A program made the position numbers and the translations under genes. Below the pieces are notes generated by a model. The model was not told where the DNA came from, did not search any database, and worked only from the letters and a program-made list of their open reading frames with translations. 64,000 bases of DNA from Camelus dromedarius (lineage: Eukaryota), in NCBI RefSeq assembly GCF_036321535.1, contig NC_087467.1, positions 14,074,001 to 14,138,000 on the forward strand, written 5' to 3'. Positions 36,811 to 47,781 of this stretch are shown piece after piece (the first letter of the stretch is position 1; each line of letters starts with the position of its first letter).

Positions 36811-38879
36811 GGAAGATAGGGAAAATTAAGAATCGTGGGATTCAAGCAGAGCATGGAACCCCAGCCAACCTCAGTGCTTTAAGTTAGAACATCAGAGTAG
36901 CTTTTAAAATTCCGATGCGCGTAGACAGCATCTTTGAGTTCGAGGTCATTCCCAAGTAGGTGCCGAGGAGAAGCCTGAACGGAGGAGCCGTGCTTGGATG
37001 TCTCCAGGCTGTGTTTGGTGAAGGCAAGTGCCCTCAAGTCTGAAGACGGGAGTCAGTTTTAATACTGTTTTATAATGGCAGTGGAATGTTTAAAGCACAA
37101 TCAAATTAGGCTTGGGATTTGTTAATATATTCCCTTCCATCATTTCAGGTAAATGAAAAATGTTGTTTGGACACTTTCACCCAGGTTGTATGACGTTAAA
37201 ACAAGGAATAGCAAGAGCTATTAAATGACGAGGAAAGGAACTTTACCAACAGCCCCTCCCATGTTGCTTCATTGTGCCCTAACCAAGTCTTTTTAAAGAA
37301 CCTTTGTTTAAGATTCCCCTGCCCTAGAACCAGAGGTTCTGAGCCCAAGTCTGGAGTTTGAAAAATCTCCCCTGGCCACACCGGTATCTGATCACATGTG
37401 AGGCCACTGTGTCCTGTGTAGAGCCTTCCCCGGGGACTGGTGCTCATGTCACAGCCTTGCCACCGTCCTTTAGGGTAAGAGCGGTACTTCTTACCTGTTT
37501 CTCTGTGTAAACCTTTATCTAGTTGTGAATATTGTCCAGTAAACAGCCCTTTTTCTAGGTCATCTTTTGAAACTGTAATTAGTAAAAGTAAATTATCCCT
37601 CCAGAACATAGTAGCAGTTTTAAATCTTGACCAACTCAGATAGGAAAATGAGACGGTTTTTCCCTGAAATAGTTAATAGTAACATCAGTACCCACTGGAT
37701 GTCGCGAGTTTCTGTCTCCCAGGCACTGGGCTGAGTGTTGTACAGCACTGACCAAGTCCCAGAGTGGAAAATGTTTTTAAAAAAGTATTTGACCACATAG
37801 TATATACATTACAGGTGTGTGTGTTATTAAACAAAATTCTCATTTATAATACCTGCTCTTGTTAGATGTTACATTCTGTTTCTTCATTTTTCTTAAATGC
37901 CGGTTATATGAGTCATTAAATTGAGTTTACAAACCACCAATGAATAGGACTCAAAGTTTAAAAAATACTACTGTATGTGCATTGTTGCACTGGAACCTCA
38001 CCATGACCATGTGACATAGTACTGTCGTTCTCTGTGTAGAAACACCGAGGCATAGAGTAGGGAGTCGCTTGTTCAAGTTTATGCAGAGTGGCAGTCTGCA
38101 CTCTGAAACCCAAGTGCTACGGATCTGGAGCTAAAGAATTCCAGTTCGACCACTCATGGACAGGTTATTTCATTAATGAGTGTGTAATTTATAGGCTTAT
38201 TTAGAAGCTTCAGTGAGGGGATGCTTGTTACGTGATTAACACGGGGTCTAAAACGGGGTAAACACTAAACATTAGCATTCACACACTTCATTCTGGTAGA
38301 ATTCAGTTAGTTCAGGGATAATGTGATGCCCACAGCATTTGTGAAAATGGTGCTTTAAAAAAAAAAACCACTGAACTTTTCCTCTCCTCCCTGAAGCATA
38401 CAGATCAGTGGTCAAGGGTCTTTTGAAAGGAGATAGAAACTGGACTAAAACTAAATAAAAATGTAGACTGTTAAGATTCCTGAACGCGTGGGTAAGAGAA
38501 TTGTTGGAGAGAGAGCTCCTCTGTCTTGAAGAAAGCAAACTGGGCGACCTCGCAGGCCCCGTTGTGGCAGGCATAGAGGTGAGAGGGCACAGAACTCTCA
38601 GAGGCACAAGGGGTCCACTGCGAATGGGCAGGGACAGATGCCTTAAAGGTACCTAGCTATTTATATGTAGAAATAGGGTCTTGAGATACACATACGTGTT
38701 TTGGTCATTTAAAGAATTAGAACATCGGGTTAAAAAAAAAACCTGGGTTGAGGGAAGAAGCCTTAAACCCAGAAGCTATTTTAAAAAATGATAAGACACA
38801 TTTGCCTGTAAGTTTTTTTTTAAGCTATAAATGATTCTATTTGCAATCTAACTGAAAGATTAGTAAAAGACAAATGGAA

Positions 38880-40020
38880 GATTAGTCTCTGTCAACAAAT
38901 TCTTACAAATTGACAGAAAAAAAGCCAGAGGTTACAAATGATATAAAGAGACAGTTTACAGATGTGTAAATCCAGGTGGTCATTAAATATATGAAAAGAT
39001 GTTCTACTTCACTGGTGGTCAAGGAAAAACAAAATAGCACTGTGGTATCACTTTCTAGTCGGACTGAGAAAACTTGAGTAAGAACACCCATTAACACCAA
39101 TTGTTGCTGGTGGGGAGAGAGGGGAGGTGCCGTCATGGATGATTGATGAAATAAAATTGTTAAAATCTTTTCAGAAAGCAATCGGGCAGCATCCCCGGAA
39201 AAGTAAAATAGAGATACTTTTTGACCCAGCAGTCTTACCACTGGTACTCCCTGCCATAGAAATGAAAACATTAGGTTTAATTAGCAATGCAATATATTAA
39301 GATGATTTTACTGTATTGTTTGTTTTGGCAAAACAATGAAAACAGTGAATGCCTTTCATGGAGAATGGCAAAATATACTTTGATAGACAGTATTCTTGTC
39401 ATAGAATATGACTCATTCATTAAAAGGATTAGTTTACCATTTAACTGGAACAGATTTCCACAAAGTACTGAAAGGGAAAAGCAAACCATGGAGAAGTGTG
39501 TATAACTGGTATTCTGTTTTGGAATCTTGAAATCAGAAAGCTGCCTTGTGTGTGCACACGTGCACACTTTGTTTGTGACTCTCTGAGAAAAGGTAAGAGT
39601 ATGGAAAAATACATAGCAGGTTTTTAACATGGGTTACAGGGTGGTACAGTGGTGGCAGAGATGAGGATGTGGGGTGACAAGCAAAAAGAACAGGGGGAGA
39701 AAGACTGTTAAACCAGGCATTCATGATACACTACTTACACAAAGTTACATGTATGGGCCTGTGTCCCTGTGCATAAAGATACACTTACATCTATCACCTT
39801 GAAGGGGTATCCTCTTATATTATTATTTAGTTTAAAAAAAAAAAACAAACCCTGTGACTTCTAGGGTAATATATCAAAAAATATCTCTACTTGTATGTGC
39901 TCGTGCAGGGAGAAGAGTGTGGAGGGCGGCACCCCAGGCTGTCACATTGGTATCGGAGGTGGGAGTAGCTTGTTCTTTATCTTTATGGATTATTTCACCT
40001 GGTATATAATAACGTATTAT
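38880..40020 (+). mobile_element. Old L1ME/MC ORF2-end and 3'UTR
   Basis: aaatatatgaaaagatgttctacttcactggtggtcaagga, acttttgacccagcagtcttaccactgg. Confidence 0.75.
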
Positions 40021-41828
40021 TTTGTAATCTGACAAATGAGCGCATACTTGTTACCCTGTGTAATTATGTTTACTTCCGTGTGGTAAATGCTTGTGAAGAT
40101 TGTTTATGTTCTGTGTTGCCTTGGTTTTGATACAGAACTTGAATTTCTAAAAGCATAAGAATGAGATTACAAAACTTTTATATGAGTGAAGAGATTTGCC
40201 TTTTTTTCTGGCTTGACTATTAATAGGACTGGGAAGTGGTTTTATCTTGTCCATAGGGAAAATATTGGAAGATAGTTGTTTATTTAGAGTTTCACATATA
40301 CATTATGATCATAACATATATAGTCTTCCCAGGCAGGTAGGTTTGGTTTTGGCAGATTATACCGTAAGCAGAATCAGAAGACCAGTGTTAGACTTGGAAA
40401 AAGTTATTTGCAATATAGGTGGTGAATAAAGTATTTATAATATACAAGGAGCTCTTATATATTGAGAAGCTAAAATCAGTGGGCAGATGGTATCACCAGT
40501 GATTGCGAATGTTTTCATCTCAATATGTCTGTACTTTGTGAAAATAACGAAGAATCTTTTTAATTCTTTAAAAACCAATGTACAGGTAAGAAAACTGAAA
40601 CTTCATTTCCCAGAGACACTCTCTGTCCCAGGCATTACTTAGCACAGATCTAGCTGCCAACTCAGGCAGCTTGTCCAGCCGTGTCGTCTGGACTGGGGGT
40701 GGCCGAGGCAGGAGCCCGAGCTGCGGCCCTGCTTCCTTCTCTCCCCTCCTCTGAGTGAAAGACGCCCACCCACGCATGCTGGTGTTCCGGTGGGCTACGG
40801 ACATCCTCAGACAGGGCCCCAGCACAGCTCGGCGGCCTCATGAAAACAGAAGCACACCTGAAACCCCGGGCAGCTGATTTCAGCCAAAGCTGGCTTTGTA
40901 ATAATCCTTCTCTACTCTTGGTCAGAGGGTCTCCACGAGCGCACAGTGTCTGTCTAACCCAGCCATCTGTGGGCAGGAGCGGGCAGGCCTTGGCCCTGCG
41001 TGGCCTGGGGGACTGAGCATCTGTGCAGTTCACGTGCGTCTGAGAGGCTCCATCAGGCTCAGCCTCCCATATAGTGTCTGCCATCCAAAAGCATCTCCCA
41101 GAGATCTGGGGGACAGCGATCCCCTGAACTTGCACAGCCTTTTCAGAGGAAGGGGGATTCCAGCACTGCGTTTGTCAGTCACACTGCCCAAGTTAATTTG
41201 GTTCATCTTGGGCTCTGGATACAACCCTGTGCAGCAGGGAGTGATGGCGGGGCCCCCCGCTGAGCCGTGTGCATCACGGAGATAAAACTACTGCGATGGG
41301 ACCTTCACTTAAAGACCAGTTATTGTGGTGTTGTGTGGATAGTCATAATGGCATCTGTATGGCTGAAAATAGAACCAGGGCATATCACTCTCAGTCCCTG
41401 GTACAGCGTGTTTTCTCTCTGTGGGAAGGAAAAAAGGAAGCATAGAATTCAGGATAATGACTCTCAGATAAACTTGAAGGGAAGAGAATAATTGATCTGT
41501 GCTTTCAGCCTGGAAAGTCTGGTGCTTGCTCTCTGCTGTTCTTACTTCTGCCTGGAGTCATACGTCCCCGTCCAACATCATTAGGGAATTCTTTTTCTAC
41601 CCCCATCGGTGGAGGGAGTGAAAATTTAAAATACAGAACCACGTCCTTTTCAGTACAAATCCTTTAAAACATTTTTTAATGTACCTAATTAAAAAAACTT
41701 TTCCCTCTACTTTAAATATATCGCAGGTTTAGCATTTTCCTGATGATTATGCTGTGGACTCTTGTCTCTCATTGACTTTAGACTCTTATAATTGAGCAAT
41801 TCTTTGCTCTTCCCCCGTAATCTTAGAG

Positions 41829-42341
41829 CAGTACTATCCTTTTGTTTTCAGAAGTAATCACAGAAATCCATAATGTCCAATAGTAGCCACTAGCCACTGG
41901 TTTTTGTGCACTTGGTAGATGGCTAGTGTGACTGCAAAACTGAATTTTTGGTCTCATTTAATTCTAATTAATACAGGCTTATTATGTTAATTTTGTAATA
42001 TAGTTTGTAACAATGAAGCAGTATAAAATATTTTTCCATTAAACAGAACTTGATTGCTTTGGTAAGACTACATTTCACTTTGTTAAACATACAGTAGCTA
42101 AACTGAGATGCGCTCTGAAGTGTAAAATACACACTGGATTTTGAAGATGTGGAATGGGAAAATAGTATAAAATATCTCATTAATAGTTTTATATCGATTA
42201 CATGTTGAAATGCTAATATTTTGGACATACTAAGTAAAGTATAGTATTAAAATTAATTTATCTTGTTTCCTTTTACTTTTTAAAAAAATATATAGCCACT
42301 ACAAAATTTAAAATTATCTGTGAAGCTCTCCTATTACTACG
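41829..42341. mobile_element. hAT-Charlie non-autonomous element (MER3/MER33/Charlie1-derived)
   Basis: tgtccaatagtagccactagccac (MER3-like) joined to aactgagatgcgctctgaagtgtaaaatacacactggattttgaaga...aaatttaaaatta (MER33-like). Confidence 0.75.
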
Positions 42342-42445
42342 ACAGGCTTCTCAGCTTTGGCACTACTGACATTTGGGGCTGGGTAATTTTTTGTTGTGGG
42401 GGCCTGTCTTGTTCCGTGTGGGGTGTTTAGCCACATCATCTTGGC
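42342..42445. mobile_element. MER20 fragment (hAT-Charlie)
   Basis: caggcttctcagctttggcactactgacatttggggctgggtaattttttgttgtggggg matches the MER20 start. Confidence 0.8.
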
Positions 42446-42711
42446 TTAGGAGATGGAGACCAACTTCCCGCCCAGTGCAGGAGTGGCTTTCTGGGCCCTG
42501 ACTGAAAGGGATTCTCTAACATCTGTTTGAAACCCTTCCCTAATGAGACTCTCTTGTCTCCCCTATTTGGAATTGATTATAAGATAGGTCTTCATGTCAG
42601 CTGTCCTGTAACTTCCACCAGTGGGCCTAGTCCTGAGCTCTGGAGCAGCACAGGATAAACAGGATTCATCATGAATGAGGTAACGTGTACCAGAAGACCT
42701 TACAGATTCTT

Positions 42712-42830
42712 AAGCTCATTCAGCAAGTACTTAAACTCCTCCTCTGTGTTAGGCCTTGCCCTGGGCACCAGGATAGAGCAGTAGGCGAAACGTGTGTTTT
42801 CCAGAAGCTTACCTACTCCTTGGGGGATGT
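42712..42830 (-). mobile_element. L2 3'-end fragment
   Basis: ctcattcagcaagtacttaaactcctcctctgtgttaggccttgccctgggcaccaggata. Confidence 0.65.
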
Positions 42831-44196
42831 GGTCAGGAAGTACGCAGGAGACCTGTGGTGCGTCACGAGTTGATCGGTGCGGTGGAGGGAAAGGTGTGCA
42901 GGGACTGCTGGCGGGGATGGGTGATGGGGGTGTTGTTGCTCCTGCACCCCGGCCCTGTCCTCTAATACCCCAAGACCTCTGTCACGCCTACTGTCCCCCA
43001 GACCTCCAGTTTCTTCTAGGCTACACATTTCCTCCAGCCATTGCTAATGAGATATTCTCCACACACCTTTGCCTGGCCTCCTGTGTAAGGGTGTTAAGGT
43101 TCCTTTTCAGAGTGGTGCACAGGTCTGGATCCCAGCTCTGGCAGAGCTGCCCTTGGGAATATTCTGGCTCTGTTCTCCTTTTGGCAGCCTCATCACGCTG
43201 TCGATTTAGATGCGGTCAGCAGCCCTGAGGTCATTTACCGGCCCGGCTTCTGCACGGCCCGCGTTCCCCTTGCTGCTTCTGATCGGTGCGCTGCTGCCCG
43301 CCTTGTGGTCGGAAGGTGGGTGTGCATTTGGCACTGCGTGTCCTACACAAGAGAACAGCCCTGACTTCGTGATGGCCCTTGCCCTGTTCCAGTCCCCTTC
43401 ACCCCTGCTTTCTGGCTGTGTTCCAGGGTAGATCATTCATGTTGCCGGTAACCTGGCTTCCTCATTAATGAGTCATTATTACATTTCATAAAGCACCATG
43501 GAGAGTTACATGCAGGAGAGTGAGTATAGGGTATTTCTGGGTGGGATTCTTGGCCGGCAACCCTGAGATGATTTCTAAATTGGATATAAAAATAAAGCTT
43601 GAATGTCTCTTCTCTTCTGCTTTCTTCCAAAATATTTGTTTTTCTGCTCTTCTTCCCTCTAACATCAGAGTAGTAACATACATATACATTTAATGTAAAC
43701 ATTTGTTGGGGGGAATTACAGCCCATCATTCAGTCTTCACAAAGCTTATTTCGGGCTCATAGCTTCCTAGTTAATATGTTACATTTCTGATTTCTGACTG
43801 ACTGTTTCATAGACAGAAGATGAGAAATTTAGTTTGTATACGTCTCTCAAACTGTGTTATACATGCAAATGGTAGATAATGGCGTGGATTCTATCCCTGA
43901 ATTCACTCGTTCACGTCACAGAGATTGATGGTCTTGGACTGCAGAGAGTGTGATTTAAATACCATCTGTGGCCACTTACCCAGCAGGCTGGTTAGAAGCC
44001 AGATCTGCCAAATGAGCATTGTGCGTTCCTGAAAAAGAAATCGGAAGAATTTTACCATGGAGGATCTTAAAATATTACGTGTTTAAAAACTGAAAATTTT
44101 ATTAACTTCTATAACGCAAAGTAGTTTATAGAACAGAGGTTCTTTAGAAGGTAAAAATTTTAATTTAACATTTTCTTTAATATTTTACTTACATGG

Positions 44197-44392
44197 GTTT
44201 TTTTAACATTTTTTATTGAGTTATAGTCATTTTACAATGTTGTGTCAAATTCCAGTGTAGAGCACAATTTTTCAGTTACGCAGGAACATATATATATTCA
44301 TTGTCACATTTTTTTCTGCTGTGAGTTACCATAAGATCTTGTATGTATTTCCGTGTGCTATACAGTATAATCTTGTTTATCTGTTCTATACA
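44197..44392 (-). mobile_element. 5'-truncated young L1 3' end (camelid type, from recall)
   Basis: ttttttattgagttatagtcattttacaatgttgtgtcaaattccagtgtagagcacaatttttcag...tgtgctatacagtataatcttgtttatct. Confidence 0.85.
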
Positions 44393-45069
44393 TGGATATG
44401 TTTCAAACAGCACCTGGAAAATCAGCATCCCTCACCATAACCTAAGATAATGGAAAAGAAGGCATTATCTTACCATAAGGGTGTTTCAGGAAGTGGTACT
44501 GGGCCCCTCCCACCCCTCCCCCGGAGGTGCTGAGGCCCCAGGAAGCCGGGCCCACAGACCCTTTGTTGCTGACAGCCACCCTCCTTCTGGCTACTTTCCA
44601 GGCCCTGCAGAGGTGTTAGAAATGCCCCTTCTGTAGAGGTTAATTTGCAAAGGTCTCCCAGTATATCCAGAGTTGCTGAGTTATGTCCAATGTCAGTGTC
44701 TTTGGGCCTAAAATTTACTTTGGCTTTTAGAATTGTTTGCATTTTCCCATTTCATTTCTTAAAAACCTTAAGCTAGGATGACATTTTTGTTTACATTATT
44801 TAACAGCTAAGTGGTTTATTGAGTATCAGAATATGGTAGGTCTGTCTTGAACCAAACAGCAGCGTCAGACAGGTTAGTACGTGAAAGGACAGCGTACCTC
44901 TGAGGTGGTCCAAACAGCTGGGCATCAAAACAGGAGGACTAGGAGAATTCAGATCTGATAGTACTGAAGCCGTAGGGCAGGTTGACCTGCTGCGAAATTT
45001 TTCAGGGGCCAGAATAGCAGTGAAGGATACAGCCCCAGGTTGACCCTATTTTAGCCTATGAAGATGCAC

Positions 45070-46190
45070 ATTTTTCCCAGTTTTATTGAGAAACAATAGA
45101 CATCACTGTTTAAGGTGTACAGCACAATGGTTTGATTTACACATACTGTGAAGTGATTACCACAGTAGATTTGGTTAACATCCATCATCCTATACAGGTG
45201 CAGTAAAAAAAAAAATTTTTTTTCTCTGTGATGAGAACTCTTAGGAGCTACTCTCACCAGCTTTCCCATATATGTCTCATTTATGTCTTACTTACAGTGT
45301 TACCTCTAGTCAGCATGTTGTACATTACATCACTAGTACTTATTTATCTTATAATTGGAAGTTTGTACTTTTCGACCACCTTCCTTTAATTTACTTTCCC
45401 GCCAACCCCTGCCTTTGGCAACCACAAATCTGATCTTTCTTCTGTGAGTTGTTGTTGGGGTTTTNNNNNNNNNNNNNNNNNNNNNNNNNNNNNNNNNNNN
45501 NNNNNNNNNNNNNNNNNNNNNNNNNNNNNNNNNNNNNNNNNNNNNNNNNNNNNNNNNNNNNNNNNNNNNNNNNNNNNNNNNNNNNNNNNNNNNNNNNNNN
45601 NNNNCCAAATAATATTTCATTTTGTGTGTGTGTGGTATGCATGTAAAGCATGAAGTTATGGTATGTATATATGTACATATACACACACATAAACATACAC
45701 ACACACACATACACATATACCACAACTTCTTGATCTAGTCATCCATCAGTGGACACTTACGGTTGTTTCCATGTCTTGACTATTGTAAATAGTGCTGCTG
45801 TAAACATGAGGGGGCAGACATGTATTTAAGTTAGTATTTTCATTTCCTTTTAATATATTCCCAGGAGTGGAATTGCTGGATCATATGGTAGTTTAATTTT
45901 AGTTTTTTGAGAAACCTTCATACGGTTTTCTACAGTGGCTGTACCAGTTTACAGCCCCACCAACAGTGCACAGTGTTCCCTTTTCTCCACATTCCCACCA
46001 ACATTTGTAATCCCCTGTCTTTTTGGTGATAGCCATTCTAACAGGTGTGAGGTGATATATAGCTCATTGTGGTTTTATTTAGCATGCCCCTAATGACTGG
46101 TGATCCTGAGTAGCTTGTCATGTGCCTGATGGTCATTTGTATACAATGCAGATTTTTATGGTGTCTCTATATGTGTATGCCTCTGGCTTT
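45070..46190 (-). mobile_element. L1MA-type 3' end and ORF2 tail, containing an assembly gap and a TG/TA/CA microsatellite (45625-45720)
   Basis: cccagttttattgagaaa...gtgatgagaactcttagga...ggcaaccacaaatctgatct...gaattgctggatcatatggtag...gccattctaacaggtgtgaggtgata. Confidence 0.9.
45465..45604. other. Assembly gap (140 N)
   Basis: Run of n. Confidence 1.
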
Positions 46191-46269
46191 CATGTGAATG
46201 ACAATAGCTGTTTTCTCCTAATGTCACTGGTATTAAAATTAAATCTTCATTTTTCTTTTCTTTTTCCAG

Positions 46270-46345
46270 AACAAGCTTGCCTTCCCCTATGTTTTCCAGA
46301 AATGACTTCAGTATCTGGAGCATCCTCAGAAAATGCATTGGAATG
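46270..46345 (+). CDS. OSBPL1A: OSBPL1A coding exon (~18), 76 nt: (R)TSLPSPMFSRNDFSIWSILRKCIGM; start of the ORD
   Basis: Acceptor tttctttttttccag|A, donor ATG|gtaagt; typical OSBP-family SIWSILRKCIG lid segment. Confidence 0.97.
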
Positions 46346-47309
46346 GTAAGTTAACTATGTGTTCTACAGTATTGAGCTGGTATGTGTTCCATGCATATCC
46401 ATTGGAAGGGAATCTTAATGTCGGCCTACAAGTGATGAACAGCAGTGTTCATGGAAACTTTTGAGGATCAGAAATAAGGAAAATTCTTATACTAGGTTTT
46501 CCTGACAGAATTTTAACCACTCTTTATGCCATTTGATACGACATTAATGTGATTTTTCATTGTAAGGAAATAGGAAAAGAAAATGTTCTTTCCTCTTGTC
46601 TCTCCACATTTGTATTTCCCATAGAATTACCTAGAAATTCTCTCAGAAAGAACAGACTTCCCACAGTATAGAATATAATTTCACTTACGCATCTGTGTAC
46701 AGAGCAGGTTTGTGTACTTTGAATTTGTAAATGTGGTATGCATTAGCTACTTGGAATGTGTCTCTGCTTCGTTATCTGTGCAGGTGGATCTGAGTTTTGG
46801 GGGGAGGGCAGCAGTTGGCGAAATTTACTATCACATAAATCCTTGGGTTCCTTTAAAGAGTAGTCCACATCACCAACCTGATATCAGCCAGACTAGAATT
46901 GTGAGTAAAGTTCTCTTAATTCTTCTTGCATGGCCTTTGAACAACTAGAATGGTGAAAATTTAAAAGCATATGAGTCCTGAGCTGCTAAAGAATCTGCCT
47001 GGACGTTACCTTTCTTAATTTTGCAATTTAGTGTACAACCTGGGAATACTTCAAGAATTTTCCTCATACTGAGAAGTACAATCACTTTCTAAACATTTTC
47101 GTTCTGATGCTTGAAACCCTTTGAGCTGCTGGTGTGCCCACTTTGGCATTTTTCGAATGTCTCTGTTCTCTGCATGGGGTAGGGTGATCTGCGACTTCCT
47201 AAATGTAATTTCCAAGATGCGAATCCCAGAAACATTTATTTTAAACAAATATTCTTATCCTCCTATGTGGAGAGTAATTCGGCTAAGCTTTCTGTAGCTG
47301 GGTAATGAG

Positions 47310-47510
47310 ATTTATCCCAGCCTTGCTGCCCCCCATCTGTGAGACCCTGGGCAAGTTGCCATGCGTCCCTGAGTAGCACTTCCTCCTGTGTAAAATTAGG
47401 AGAATAATTTGCACCTTATAGGTGTGTTGAGAGATAAATAAGATAATTTGTGTAAAATGTCTCAGACAGACCATGATTTAGCTTAGTACTCAATATTATT
47501 ATTAGCTGTT
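47310..47510 (+). mobile_element. MIR SINE
   Basis: tgtgagaccctgggcaagttgcc...cttcctcctgtgtaaaattaggagaataat...gagataaataagataat. Confidence 0.8.
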
Positions 47511-47736
47511 AATCACACATGAGAATCAGAACACCTGAGCTCTGATTTTATTTTGACAAACCAGATGTCTCAAGGCAAATGTAAATATTCTTAAATAAAA
47601 TGTCAATTATGTATATTAGTCTCTTAAGAACTGAAATCTTCAGGACAAAAATTAATACTTGTATTCTACTGAGTTAACATTTTTCAGACCCTTGGTTGAC
47701 GTATTTATCATTGTGATCCAAAATGTAAATATGTAC

Positions 47737-47740
<4 letters not shown>

Positions 47741-47776
<36 letters not shown>
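47741..47776. repeat. (GT)18 microsatellite
   Basis: Direct reading. Confidence 0.97.

Positions 47777-47781
<5 letters not shown>

Noticed and set aside
40662-41135. 157-aa minus-strand ORF
   Set aside because: GC-rich DNA has few stops; no domain similarity seen
42794-43228. 144-aa plus-strand ORF
   Set aside because: Starts inside an L2 relic, TTG start, no recognisable motif
44190-44395. TACATGG on both sides of an L1 tail as a TSD
   Set aside because: Only 7 bp, may partly belong to the element, and lacks the expected endonuclease-site context
45333-45725. ORFs containing X runs
   Set aside because: Artefacts of translating across the N gap and microsatellite
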